NCBI GenBank assembly: GCA_018371535.1
Contig: JAHAKU010000007.1
Span: 19,796-83,795, forward strand
DNA from: Campylobacter concisus
Lineage (GTDB): Bacteria > Campylobacterota > Campylobacteria > Campylobacterales > Campylobacteraceae
Reading direction: 5' to 3'
Length of the DNA: 64,000 bases
The position numbers were made by a program, and so were the translations under genes. This document shows, piece after piece, positions 33,556-43,612 of this stretch (the first letter of the stretch is position 1; each line of letters begins with the position of its first letter). Below the pieces are notes generated by a model that made no database searches, was not told where the DNA came from, and saw nothing but the letters and a program-made list of their open reading frames with translations.

Positions 33556-34131
33556 ATGATTTCTAAATTTAGCGTTTTTGCATTTTTGGTCTTATTTTTT
33601 TGCTCTTGCTCATCAGTCCTCACCCCAGCAACAGCGCCGCTAAATGTATATGACGCATACTCCATTTCTCGCGATAAACGCGGCATCTACTCGATCTCTC
33701 GCGATAAATTTATCCAAAGCAAGCTACAAAGCAAAATTTTATTTTCTAAAGGGCTCAGCAACATCGACATCGAGATAGAGGTCTTTTATGGCGATGCCTA
33801 TCTCATAGGGCTTGTTGATAGCAAAGAGCTAGGAGATAAGCTAGTTGAGCTTGCCAAAAGCACGGATGGAGTGCGAAAAATTTACACCTATCTTAGGGTA
33901 AAAAAGAGCGAGTATCCGTGCGATAGCCTAAGCATACTTGCAAATTTAAAGCAAAATCTCTTCAAAGATAGCGTCGTTGAGGGCACAAATGTGCGTGTTA
34001 GCATCGTTGGCTGTGACGTTGTTTTTAGCGGTGTGGTAGATAGTATCGAGCAAGAAAAGCACGCCATTTGGTATGCTAAGCACATTAACGGCGTGGCTGA
34101 TGTCTATTCGTTTATCAAAGTTATCAAATAA
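33556..34131 (+). CDS. BON-domain (OsmY-like) lipoprotein
   Basis: lipobox (FFCSCSS); two BON-like repeats; contains a short internal tandem duplication (YSISRDK ×2). Confidence 0.55.
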   Translation: MISKFSVFAFLVLFFCSCSSVLTPATAPLNVYDAYSISRDKRGIYSISRDKFIQSKLQSKILFSKGLSNIDIEIEVFYGDAYLIGLVDSKELGDKLVELAKSTDGVRKIYTYLRVKKSEYPCDSLSILANLKQNLFKDSVVEGTNVRVSIVGCDVVFSGVVDSIEQEKHAIWYAKHINGVADVYSFIKVIK

Positions 34132-34133
34132 AT

Positions 34134-36584
34134 TTATACCTCGCGCTTTTTCATAAAACTTGCTATCAAACTTGGCAAGATGATGAGCGCGCCAAGCAGC
34201 ATAAATACCATAACAAGATCAGTTAGCAAGCCAAAATAAATTGTCGGTATAAAGTTGCTAGTTATCATCACACTAAAGCCAAGGAAAATGGTAAATGAGG
34301 TGTAATACATCGCGTATCCGATGCTAGCATGCGCAGCCTTGATGCTTTCAAAAACGTCCTTTGTAAGCAGCTCCTCTTTGAAGCGGTGGATGTAGTGGAT
34401 AATATCATCAACGCCGATGCCTATACTAATAGCAGCAATCGTAATGCTCATCACATCAAGCGGAATGCCAAAAAATCCCATCACGCCAAAAAGGGTGCAA
34501 AGCGGGATCAAATTTGAAACTATGGCGATGGTCGCCAGCTTGATACTTCTAAAAACAAAGCAAAATATAACAAAAAGTATCGCAACTGTTAGTCCAAATG
34601 TATCAACCTGCGAGCTAAGCAAATTTTGAAGCATGTTGTTATAAAGCACCATCATACCGACAACTTCGATGCTTACGTTATCGTTTTTAGTAAGCTTGGC
34701 AAGCCCTTCTCTAAGCTCTTTTAGAAATAAATTTCGTCTAAGCTTTGGATCGCTATCGATGATCCTTAGGCTAAATCTAAGCTCGTCGTTTTCAACGCTC
34801 ACGTAAGGACTTAGCAAGATCTTTTTATACTCAAGTGGTAGCTTTTCATACATCGCAGCTAGCAAAAAATCATCACTAACGCCGTTATTTAGCTCTTTTA
34901 TCGCCTTTATAAGCGTTGCAAGAGAGCTTACGTTGCCTACAAAATTTTGCTCTTTTAGATAGTCGTGGATTTTCTCTGCAACTCTTGTGTGGTAGCTGTT
35001 AAACCAGTATTTTGCACTCTTTGCGTCGTTTTCAAACTCACTTTCAAAGTCATCTTTCTCATCATTTTTTTCTTGTTTTGGCTCGCTCTCTTTAAATTTC
35101 ACTATCACATCAACTGGGATCGTGCCACCAAGCTTTGTGTCAATAATCTGCATGCCCTGGCGGATCTGCGTGCTCTCTTTAAAGTAGCCAATGAAGCTGT
35201 TTTCAACCTTTATCTTGCTTATGCCATAAACGCCAAAACAGACAACAAGCACGCAAACTGCGTAGATGATCTTTCTTGAGTTTAGGGCTAAATTTGCGCA
35301 GTATTTTGTAAATTTAAAGCTATTTTCAAATGTCCTAACAGGAGCAAGCTTCTTTAAATTTACATTTACCGAGCCAAATAGCAAAAATGCAAGCACAAGT
35401 GAAACGCTGATACCTGCACTCATCATAATGCCAAGCATGATAACTGGCTTTATATCGGCACTCATGAGTGAGCTAAAGCCAATAACAGTTGTAAATATCG
35501 CCCAAAAAGATGGAGAAAATTTGTCACGAAGTGTTAGATAGATGAGCTGGTTTTGGCTGTATTTTGGATGTCTTGCGTAAAATTCTCTGTAGCTAACGAC
35601 TAGGTGGATGACTGTTGAGATGGTGATAATTAGCTGAAGTGCGATGTAGTTTGAGCTAATGACCGTCACTTCCCAACCAAACATACCAAAAATTCCAGTC
35701 GTAAAAATGGCACTTACCGCACAGATAAACATCGGCAAAACGATCCATCTAATCTGCCTAAAAAATAGCCACAAACTAAAGCTAAGAAGCGCTAAAACAC
35801 TTAGCCCATAAACCAAAAGATCACTCTTTATAAAGCCTATCATATCATCAGCGATCATGTTTGCGCCACCCAAAAAGAGCTCGTCATTTGCGTTAAATTT
35901 AGCGATGGCTGTCTTTATGGCTTCAAGGTTTTTGTGATCGCTCTTTCTAAGCTCATCTCGGTAGGCTTTAAACTCAGCCACGAGCGCTTGAAATTTAAGC
36001 TTTTCTGCCTGCGTGATAGTGCCATTTGACTCTTTTTGGCTAAGTAAATTTCTCTCATTTAAAAGCTCGTTAAATTTCTCATCTTGCTTTAAATTTAGCG
36101 CGATCGCTGTGGTTTTTAGATCTTTGCTTATCAAATTTCCACTATAAATGGGACTTTTTGCAAACTCAAGCTTTGCTTTTGAGATATTTATATCTTTATC
36201 GCTTAGCGTTGGCGTATGCTCTAAGATGCCTGTTACGCCGCCTTTTACGCTATTTAGAAGTGGCACATTTAAGATAGAGATGACGCTGCTAACCATATCG
36301 TTTTTGGCTAGCTCGCCACTCAAATTTTTAATAAGCTCTAAATTTTTAGGTAAAAAAAGATCATCTTTTGGGGTGAAAGCAACCACCAAAAGCCCTGGCG
36401 AGTCGTAGCGCTTTGCGATCTGCCTATAAGCTTTTAGATCAGGGTCATGCTCAAGCAGCAAGGTCTCAGCCGAAGCATCGATGCTAAGCTTTGTGCTAAG
36501 GCAGCCAAAAACTACGCTTAAAACTAGCACAAGCGAGATAACAAGCTTGTTTTTGGCAATGATAAATTTAAAAATTTGTCGCAT
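34134..36584 (-). CDS. MMPL/RND-superfamily inner-membrane transporter (HpnN-like)
   Basis: 816 aa; two 6-TM bundles each preceded by a large periplasmic domain; overlaps mlaC-like gene by 1 nt. Confidence 0.7.
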   Translation of the reverse strand: MRQIFKFIIAKNKLVISLVLVLSVVFGCLSTKLSIDASAETLLLEHDPDLKAYRQIAKRYDSPGLLVVAFTPKDDLFLPKNLELIKNLSGELAKNDMVSSVISILNVPLLNSVKGGVTGILEHTPTLSDKDINISKAKLEFAKSPIYSGNLISKDLKTTAIALNLKQDEKFNELLNERNLLSQKESNGTITQAEKLKFQALVAEFKAYRDELRKSDHKNLEAIKTAIAKFNANDELFLGGANMIADDMIGFIKSDLLVYGLSVLALLSFSLWLFFRQIRWIVLPMFICAVSAIFTTGIFGMFGWEVTVISSNYIALQLIITISTVIHLVVSYREFYARHPKYSQNQLIYLTLRDKFSPSFWAIFTTVIGFSSLMSADIKPVIMLGIMMSAGISVSLVLAFLLFGSVNVNLKKLAPVRTFENSFKFTKYCANLALNSRKIIYAVCVLVVCFGVYGISKIKVENSFIGYFKESTQIRQGMQIIDTKLGGTIPVDVIVKFKESEPKQEKNDEKDDFESEFENDAKSAKYWFNSYHTRVAEKIHDYLKEQNFVGNVSSLATLIKAIKELNNGVSDDFLLAAMYEKLPLEYKKILLSPYVSVENDELRFSLRIIDSDPKLRRNLFLKELREGLAKLTKNDNVSIEVVGMMVLYNNMLQNLLSSQVDTFGLTVAILFVIFCFVFRSIKLATIAIVSNLIPLCTLFGVMGFFGIPLDVMSITIAAISIGIGVDDIIHYIHRFKEELLTKDVFESIKAAHASIGYAMYYTSFTIFLGFSVMITSNFIPTIYFGLLTDLVMVFMLLGALIILPSLIASFMKKREV

Positions 36585-37186
36585 TAAGGATTAGTTTTGT
36601 TTTGATCAGGCAAAACCGCTTCGTTGAGTTTTTGTAAAAGCGTATTAAAATCGCCATTGTTTAGCACGTCGCCAAACTGGCTTCTATAAGTTTGAATGAT
36701 GCTCACACCAACGATATCAAGGTCGTAAATGAGCCAGCCACGCTCTTTTGCATCGTAAAATTTATAGACAAATTCATAGTTTTTGCCGTCATTTAGAAGC
36801 TCTGATGTAAGCCAGTATCTATTTTTTTGAGGCTCACTCTCTCCAGTGATGTGGATCTGTTGGTCTTTGTAGCCTAAGAGCTTGTCGATATATGAGCTTT
36901 TTAGCTTTTGCTCAAATGCTGCGTCAAATTTAGCTTGCTCGTCAGCACTTAGGCTGTTGTAGCGTTTGCCAAGGCTGATCTTTGCCATTTGTTTGTAGTC
37001 AAATAGTGGATCAAGCAGAGCAAAAATCTCTTTTGTCTTTGCATTGTTGTCTAAATTTGTATTTTTTAAAATTTCAATCACCTTTGTTGTCTTTGCCTCT
37101 ATCTCAGGCTTTATCTGCTCTTTTGAGAGGGCAAAAAGGCTAGTTGCAAAAAGTAAAACCGCTGCAAGAATTTTTAAAATTTTCAT
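36584..37186 (-). CDS. MlaC/Ttg2D-family periplasmic phospholipid-binding protein
   Basis: 200 aa; signal peptide; toluene-tolerance Ttg2D/MlaC family features. Confidence 0.65.
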   Translation of the reverse strand: MKILKILAAVLLFATSLFALSKEQIKPEIEAKTTKVIEILKNTNLDNNAKTKEIFALLDPLFDYKQMAKISLGKRYNSLSADEQAKFDAAFEQKLKSSYIDKLLGYKDQQIHITGESEPQKNRYWLTSELLNDGKNYEFVYKFYDAKERGWLIYDLDIVGVSIIQTYRSQFGDVLNNGDFNTLLQKLNEAVLPDQNKTNP

Positions 37187-37188
37187 AC

Positions 37189-37902
37189 TTACTCCTTGAT
37201 AAGTTTATCGCGTCTTTGCTCGTAAGCATCGCGTAAAAATGGATATAGATCGATCGCGTCTTTGCGTAGTTTTTCATATGCTGTTGGGTCTTGTGCAAAG
37301 CTGTTAAACGTCCTATAAGACATGATACCAAGCGATAAAAGCATAGGGTCTACGTAGCTGATAGGATCGGCAAAATAGTCGCCAACTAGGCCTCCAGTAT
37401 CTCTTAAATTTGATGGTCCGATAAGTGGCCAAACGATGTGAAAGCCGCTTCCAAGCCCCCAGTAGCCAAGTGTTTGTCCAAAGTCCTCGTTGTGAGCCTT
37501 TAGATCATAGTATTTTGCCCCGTCTGTTAGCCCTCCAAAGCCAATTATCGTATTTGCCAAAAAGCGCAAAGTCTCTTCACCAGCGTTTTGAAATTTAAAC
37601 TGAAGCAAGTTATTTACAAAACGCACTGGAAAAAGGAGGTTGTCAAAGAAATTTGCAACCATCGTTCTAGCCGTAGCTGGCACGACATAAGCGTAGCCTT
37701 TTGCAACTGGAGTTAGCATATTTATGTAGATAAAGTCATTTACATTTGTCATCACTCTGTTGTAGCCACTAAGCGGGTCAAACACATCTTTTTTTGCTTC
37801 AAACTCAACATCAAAATCATCTTTTTCACTGTTTGCGTTCAAATCAGCGCTGGCACAGGCTAAAAGCAGGCTACAAAAGATAGCAAGCAAAAATTTCATC
37901 AT
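37189..37902 (-). CDS. MlaA/VacJ-family outer-membrane lipoprotein
   Basis: 237 aa; lipobox LLACAS; VacJ motif (FDPLSGYNRVMTNVND). Confidence 0.7.
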   Translation of the reverse strand: MMKFLLAIFCSLLLACASADLNANSEKDDFDVEFEAKKDVFDPLSGYNRVMTNVNDFIYINMLTPVAKGYAYVVPATARTMVANFFDNLLFPVRFVNNLLQFKFQNAGEETLRFLANTIIGFGGLTDGAKYYDLKAHNEDFGQTLGYWGLGSGFHIVWPLIGPSNLRDTGGLVGDYFADPISYVDPMLLSLGIMSYRTFNSFAQDPTAYEKLRKDAIDLYPFLRDAYEQRRDKLIKE

Positions 37903-38017
37903 AAAACCTTAAAATTTATTTACAAAATACAGCTTGATTTTATCCTCTTGAAACTTTACAAGAAATTAAAGAAAATTTGTAATTTTAAGCTTTTGTATTA
38001 ATATAATTAGATATACT

Positions 38018-38836
38018 TTGCAAGTTATTATTATATATTTAGAGGTTAAAAATTTGAAAGCAGATATAAATTTAGAGCTATTTCTGGGCGAAGATACGCA
38101 GGTTTTAGCAAAGCATATAGCGCTACTTAAAGCGATAAAAGAGACAAAAAGTATCACAAAAGCGGCTGAGGTTGTCGGCATATCATATAAAAACGCTTGG
38201 GACTGCTTAGATACGATAAATAACAAAAGCAGCAAGCCTCTCATCATAAGAGCTGATGGCAACAAGAAAAATAGCGGTTCAGAGCTTAGCCCATACGCCA
38301 AAAAACTGATAAAAATTTACGACGCTATCCTCGAGACACAAAAGGATTTTTTGCAAAAAATTTGCCAAAAGGTTGATTTTGAAGATGTCGATATCATAAA
38401 TTTACAAAGGATGAATATGAATTTAAGTGCGAGAAATCAGCTCTCATGTGAGATCGTCAGTATAAATAGAGGTGCTGTAAATTCTGAAATCATCGCAAAG
38501 CTAAGCAATGGCAACACGCTTGAAGCCACCATAACAGTTGAAAGCGAGAAAAATTTAGGCCTAAAAGTGGGTCAAAAGGTAGTTTTCATCTTTAAAGCGC
38601 CATCTGTCATCCTTGCAAAAGATCTTGATCTAAAAATAAGCACTAAAAATCAGCTAAAAGGTGAGGTCATCGAGGCAAAAATAGGCGCTGTAAATGCCGA
38701 GGTCACGCTAAAACTAAGCGACGAGCAGACCTTAACTGCCATCATCACAAAAGATAGCGCAATGGATATGCAAATAGGCGTTGGTGACACGCTTTTAGCA
38801 ATAGTAAAATCATCTCAAATCATAATAGGAGTATAA
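38018..38836 (+). CDS. ModE-like molybdenum-responsive transcriptional regulator (HTH plus two TOBE/Mop domains)
   Basis: 272 aa; N-terminal HTH (…SITKAAEVVGISYKNAWDCLDTIN…) and two C-terminal Mop repeats (NQLSCEIVSI…, NQLKGEVIEA…). Confidence 0.7.
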   Translation: MQVIIIYLEVKNLKADINLELFLGEDTQVLAKHIALLKAIKETKSITKAAEVVGISYKNAWDCLDTINNKSSKPLIIRADGNKKNSGSELSPYAKKLIKIYDAILETQKDFLQKICQKVDFEDVDIINLQRMNMNLSARNQLSCEIVSINRGAVNSEIIAKLSNGNTLEATITVESEKNLGLKVGQKVVFIFKAPSVILAKDLDLKISTKNQLKGEVIEAKIGAVNAEVTLKLSDEQTLTAIITKDSAMDMQIGVGDTLLAIVKSSQIIIGV

Positions 38837-39592
38837 ATGAAAAAGGTTTTTAAATTTCTATGTGTGGCGGCGTTGCTAGCTATAAACACCTTTGGCGCAG
38901 AGGTAAATGTCTATGCCGCAGCAAACACGACTTACGCGTTTCCAGAGCTTATAAAAGAGTTTAACAAGCTTCACCCAGACGCTAAGATCAACCTAACTCT
39001 TGGCGCAAGCGGTGGTCTTGTCACTCAGATACAAAACTCAGCTCCAGCTGATATCTTCATGGCTGCTGATATGGGATTTGCGCAAAAGGCCTACGACACA
39101 GGCTTTGCAGTGGCTGCTCCAAAAGTTTATGCTCAAGGAGCTTTGGCGATCTTTTCTATAAGAGATGTGGATTTTAAAAAGGGCATCGAAGTGGTTCGTG
39201 GCCTAAAAGCGATCTCAATAGCAAATCCAGAGACCGCACCTTATGGCAAGGCTAGTATCGAGGCTCTTAAAAATGCAAAACTTTATGACGAAGTAGAGAA
39301 AAACATCGTCTATGCTCAAAAAATTTCTGAGACACTTTCTCAGGCACTAAGTGCTTCAGACGTTGGATTTATCGCTGCTAGCGCGCTTTTTAGCGATAAA
39401 ATGGAAAAATACAAAGAGGGCACCAACTACATCTTCGTGCCTCAAGAGCTCTACACTCCGATCGATCAAGGCATAGTGCTCTTAAAACATGCTGATGGTA
39501 ACGCTGATGCGAAGGCATTTTATGAGTTTATCTTGGGCGAAAAGGCAAGAGAAATTTTCAAGAAATTTGGCTACAACGTCCCAGCTAAATGA
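38837..39592 (+). CDS. modA: molybdate ABC transporter substrate-binding protein
   Basis: 251 aa; signal peptide; ModA family. Confidence 0.8.
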   Translation: MKKVFKFLCVAALLAINTFGAEVNVYAAANTTYAFPELIKEFNKLHPDAKINLTLGASGGLVTQIQNSAPADIFMAADMGFAQKAYDTGFAVAAPKVYAQGALAIFSIRDVDFKKGIEVVRGLKAISIANPETAPYGKASIEALKNAKLYDEVEKNIVYAQKISETLSQALSASDVGFIAASALFSDKMEKYKEGTNYIFVPQELYTPIDQGIVLLKHADGNADAKAFYEFILGEKAREIFKKFGYNVPAK

Positions 39593-39978
39593 TAAGAGCA
39601 AAGATCGTTCAAATTTCATCCAAAGATGGCGTCAGTTTTTTTGAGCTTGAGTGCCTAAATTTAGGGATAAATTTATATATGCTAGCCTTAAATGAGGCTA
39701 GCAAATTTGCTCTAAATGATGAGGTGAGCTTAAATTTCAAAAGCTCAGACGTCGTCCTATCAAAGCTTAGACTTGAGGCTAGTTCGCTTGAAAATGAGCT
39801 AAAATGCGAGGTCGCTGGCATAACTCGCGGCGAAATTTTAAGCATAGTTAGCCTAAAGTGTGAGCAGATTTGCTTTGAGGCTATCATCTCAGATCACGCT
39901 CTAAAAGGGCTAAATTTAGCGGTAGGCGAGCAGGTTTTTGCCTACGTTAAATCAACAAGTATCCACGTAAGCGCTTAA
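39589..39978 (+). CDS. TOBE/Mop-domain molybdopterin/molybdate-binding protein
   Basis: 129 aa; two short Mop-like repeats; embedded between modA and modC. Confidence 0.55.
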   Translation: MIRAKIVQISSKDGVSFFELECLNLGINLYMLALNEASKFALNDEVSLNFKSSDVVLSKLRLEASSLENELKCEVAGITRGEILSIVSLKCEQICFEAIISDHALKGLNLAVGEQVFAYVKSTSIHVSA

Positions 39979-39980
39979 AA

Positions 39981-40838
39981 ATGATAGAAATTTCTTGCAA
40001 AAAAGAGCTAAATGGCGGTGGCGGTAAATTTATGCTTGAGGCTGAGCTTGCCTTTGAAAGTGGCGAGTTTGTCGCACTTTATGGAGCAAGTGGCGGAGGT
40101 AAAACGACGATTTTAAGGCTCATCGCTGGCTTTGAAGCCCCACAAAGTGGCGTGATAAAGGTTGGAGATAAGATATTTTTTGACGAAAAGACAAATTTAG
40201 CCCCGCAAAAGCGAAATATCGGCTTTTTGTTTCAAGACTACGCCCTTTTTGAAAATATGAATGTCTTTAAAAATTTGCTTTTTGCAAATAATGATGAAAA
40301 TTTAGCAAACAAACTACTTGAAATTTGCGAGCTTGGCTCTTTAAAAAACGCGAAAATTAGCACCCTTTCAGGCGGTCAAAAGCAGCGTGTGGCACTCGCT
40401 CGTGCGGTGATGAGAAAGCCAGAAATTTTACTGCTTGATGAGCCACTAAGCGCCCTAGATAACGCCATGCGCGAGAAGCTGCAAGACTATTTGCTAGCAC
40501 TTCACGATGAGTTTAAGATGAGTGTTATTTTAGTAAGTCACGACATAGCTGAAATTTACAAGCTTTGCAGCAAGGTTTTCGTCCTTGAAAATGGCAAAAT
40601 TTCAAGGTCTGGCAGTGCTAGTGAGATATTTTTAAAAAGTGCAGGATCGCAAAAATTTGCATTTAACGCTAAAGTTTTAGAGATCAAAAAGCGTGACGCT
40701 ATTTTTGTAGCAAGCGTGCTAATAAACCGCCAAATTTGCGAGGTCGTGCTAAGTAGCGCAGAAGCTAGTGGGCTAAGAGCTGGTGATACGGTGGTGGTTA
40801 GTACAAAAGCCTTTGGCGTAAATTTGGTAAAAGCATGA
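39981..40838 (+). CDS. modC: molybdate ABC transporter ATP-binding protein
   Basis: 285 aa; Walker A GASGGGKTT, ABC signature LSGGQKQRVALAR, Walker B LLLDEP; C-terminal TOBE-like extension. Confidence 0.8.
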   Translation: MIEISCKKELNGGGGKFMLEAELAFESGEFVALYGASGGGKTTILRLIAGFEAPQSGVIKVGDKIFFDEKTNLAPQKRNIGFLFQDYALFENMNVFKNLLFANNDENLANKLLEICELGSLKNAKISTLSGGQKQRVALARAVMRKPEILLLDEPLSALDNAMREKLQDYLLALHDEFKMSVILVSHDIAEIYKLCSKVFVLENGKISRSGSASEIFLKSAGSQKFAFNAKVLEIKKRDAIFVASVLINRQICEVVLSSAEASGLRAGDTVVVSTKAFGVNLVKA

Positions 40839-41512
40839 TGAACGAGCTAGCAAATATTGATTACGAGCCGTTTTGGCTCTCGCTAAAGCTCTCTTTTATC
40901 ACGACCTTTATACTATTTTTCTTCTGCGTGGGGCTTGCTTATTTTATGTCGCAAAAGAAATTCTTTGGCAAGGCGTTTTTAGAGTCCATCATCTCGCTGC
41001 CTTTGGTGCTGCCACCAAGCGTTCTTGGCTTTTATCTGCTTATTTTTCTCTCGCCATACTCGGCCTTTGGTAAATTTATCGAAGAGCTCTTTGGCGTGAG
41101 GCTAGTTTTTAACTTCACAGGCCTTGTTGTGGCAAGCTGTATCTACTCGCTGCCATTTATGTTTGGACCCATTTACGCTGGGCTAAATAGTCTAAAAAAG
41201 AGCCTTTTTGAGGCGAGCTACAGCCTTGGCAAAAGTAGGCTCACGACCATTTTTAGGGTCATCTTGCCAAGTATCAGATCAAACTTACTAACCGCGATCG
41301 TCGTTAGTTTTGCTCATACGATGGGCGAATTTGGCGTGGTTTTGATGATAGGCGGTAGCGTGGCTGGCGAGAGCAAGGTCGCTAGTATCGCGATATTTGA
41401 AGCGGTTGAGATGCTTGACTATACCAAAGCTCACATCTATGCACTTTTGATGCTCATAATTAGCTTTTTCGTTCTTTTTGTCGTCTATCTCTTAAATTCT
41501 AAAAAAGCTTAA
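40835..41512 (+). CDS. modB: molybdate ABC transporter permease
   Basis: 225 aa; 5-6 TM; EAA-type motif FEASYSLGKSRLTTIFRVILPS. Confidence 0.8.
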   Translation: MMNELANIDYEPFWLSLKLSFITTFILFFFCVGLAYFMSQKKFFGKAFLESIISLPLVLPPSVLGFYLLIFLSPYSAFGKFIEELFGVRLVFNFTGLVVASCIYSLPFMFGPIYAGLNSLKKSLFEASYSLGKSRLTTIFRVILPSIRSNLLTAIVVSFAHTMGEFGVVLMIGGSVAGESKVASIAIFEAVEMLDYTKAHIYALLMLIISFFVLFVVYLLNSKKA

Positions 41513-41548
41513 AGATATATAATAGATAAAATTTTTAAAGGACAAAAT

Positions 41549-42046
41549 ATGATAAAAGTGCCTACAAGCATCTATCTAAGGACTTTAGACGGTAAAGAAT
41601 TTGACTTTTCAGCCTTTGCAAGGACTCATGACTGCGTGATTTTTATCTACCCAAAGATAGGCGATGACTTCGAGCTTTTAAGCGAGCAGCTGCAAAAGAC
41701 TGCGGGCATGAAAGGCTGCACCAAGCAAGCGATAAACTACAAAAAACTTCTTAAAGAATTTAACAATCTTGGCTTTATGGTAGTAGCTATTGGCTCCCAA
41801 GATATCGCTGCTCAGAAGAAATTTGAAGAAGAGACCGCAACTGGCGTGATGTTTTTAAACGATAGTGAGTTTATGCTAGAGCGAGCGCTTGAACTACCAG
41901 TGTTTGCCGCTTCAAATGGGCATAAATTTTACTTTCGTCAAACACTTATCATAAAAGGTGGCAATATAAGACGCGCATATATCGTAGATGAGCCTGAAAA
42001 CGACGCTAAAAATATGCTGGAGAAGATAAAAAACGAAGACTACTAA
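41549..42046 (+). CDS. thioredoxin-fold (peroxiredoxin/redoxin-like) protein with non-canonical active-site region
   Basis: 165 aa; AhpC/TSA-like layout (…FIYPK…, …VVAIGSQD…) but the peroxidatic T/S-x-x-C motif is replaced by KGCTKQA. Confidence 0.35.
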   Translation: MIKVPTSIYLRTLDGKEFDFSAFARTHDCVIFIYPKIGDDFELLSEQLQKTAGMKGCTKQAINYKKLLKEFNNLGFMVVAIGSQDIAAQKKFEEETATGVMFLNDSEFMLERALELPVFAASNGHKFYFRQTLIIKGGNIRRAYIVDEPENDAKNMLEKIKNEDY

Positions 42047-42055
42047 GGATAGAAA

Positions 42056-43612
42056 ATGGACAAAAGTAGCAAGATCGAAAAGTCTTATGACGAGCTAACA
42101 TATAAATCAGCAGCATTTGCGCAGTCATCGCCCTATAAACTAGAGGCTTGCGCCACACTTCTTGGCATCAACCCGCCGCCTTGCAAAAACGCAAAAGTGC
42201 TTGAGATAGGATGCAGTTTTGGTGGAAATTTAATCCCATTTGCAGTAAATAACGAGAACGCAAGAGTAGTTGGCATCGATCTTAGCGGCGAGCAGATAAG
42301 ACGCGGTAAAGAGATCGTAAAAGAGATAGGTCTAAGCAATTTAGAGCTAATCCACGGCGATATCTGCGAGTTTAAAAGTGATGAGAAATTTGACTACATC
42401 ATAGCTCACGGCGTCTTTAGCTGGGTGCCTGACTTTGTAAAAGATGCTATTTTAAGGGTCGTAAGAGAAAATTTAAGCCAAAACGGCGTGGCATTTATAT
42501 CTTACAACACATATCCAGGCTGGAAAGTAAAAGATGTAGTGCGTGATCTTATGTTGCTTGCTGCAAAGGATAAGGATAGCACAGAAGAGAGGCTAAAGGC
42601 TGCCAAAGAGGCACTTTTAGTATATAAAGAGGTATTGCTAACGAAGCTTGGTGAAAATTATGAAGATAAAATACCTGCTAAATTGCTACTTCACTGGATA
42701 GATAGCGTGCTTGAAAAGGATGATTTTTACGTAGCTCATGAGTTTTTAGAAGAGATAAACGATCCATTTTACTTTAAAGACTTTAACGCCATGCTTGTTA
42801 AAAACGAGCTTGCCTATCTTTGCGAATACGGACTTGAAGATCTTTTTGTACCAGATATTGGCATAGAGCATGTAGATAACTATAAAGATAGCAAATTTAA
42901 AGATAGGATCGATCTAGAACAGTTTATGGATATAGTTAGCAACAAGGTCTTTAGGCAAAGTCTCATCGTGCATGCTAAGGCTTATGAGAGCGTGGCAAAC
43001 AAACAAATAGGTCCAAGCGATGTTAATAAAATTCACGTAGTGGCTGACTTTGTAAAAAAAGATGATGGCTGGTATGATAAATTTGCTCTTATGCCCAAAG
43101 ATATATCTTGGCTTTGCGAGGTCTTTTATAAGATGTATCCAGCAAGCATAAATCTCTCTCAAATTTTAGAGATTTTACCAGAAGATAAGCTCGCAGTTTA
43201 TAGCGCTTTTGTAAGACTTTTAACAAACTCAGCAAGCGCAATGATCGTAAAAGATGAGCTAAAAGATATAGAGTACGCTCCAAATTACTCAAGGCTAAAG
43301 ACAAATTTAGCTGGCTACATAAAGTACTTTTTAAATCATAAAGATAACGCAGACATTACCTTTGCAAACAAATTTGGTCTTACAGAACGGCTTGACAGGC
43401 TTGATTACTATATATTTTTACTACTTGATGGCAAAAATAATTTAGAAGAAATAGCTGCTAAGAGTTTGAAATTTATAAAAGAAAACAGCATAAAAATATC
43501 TGATAAAAATGGCAAAGAGCTTAAAAACGAAAAACTAGTCACTCACTTAAAGGGCTACATCGTAGGCACAGCAAAGATAGCTAGCATGCTCTATTTACTT
43601 GAGGAAATTTAA
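42056..43612 (+). CDS. class I SAM-dependent methyltransferase with long C-terminal regulatory-type domain
   Basis: 518 aa; motif I VLEIGCSFGGN; post-I acidic residue; ~300-aa C-terminal extension resembling methyltransferase-regulatory domains. Confidence 0.6.
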   Translation: MDKSSKIEKSYDELTYKSAAFAQSSPYKLEACATLLGINPPPCKNAKVLEIGCSFGGNLIPFAVNNENARVVGIDLSGEQIRRGKEIVKEIGLSNLELIHGDICEFKSDEKFDYIIAHGVFSWVPDFVKDAILRVVRENLSQNGVAFISYNTYPGWKVKDVVRDLMLLAAKDKDSTEERLKAAKEALLVYKEVLLTKLGENYEDKIPAKLLLHWIDSVLEKDDFYVAHEFLEEINDPFYFKDFNAMLVKNELAYLCEYGLEDLFVPDIGIEHVDNYKDSKFKDRIDLEQFMDIVSNKVFRQSLIVHAKAYESVANKQIGPSDVNKIHVVADFVKKDDGWYDKFALMPKDISWLCEVFYKMYPASINLSQILEILPEDKLAVYSAFVRLLTNSASAMIVKDELKDIEYAPNYSRLKTNLAGYIKYFLNHKDNADITFANKFGLTERLDRLDYYIFLLLDGKNNLEEIAAKSLKFIKENSIKISDKNGKELKNEKLVTHLKGYIVGTAKIASMLYLLEEI

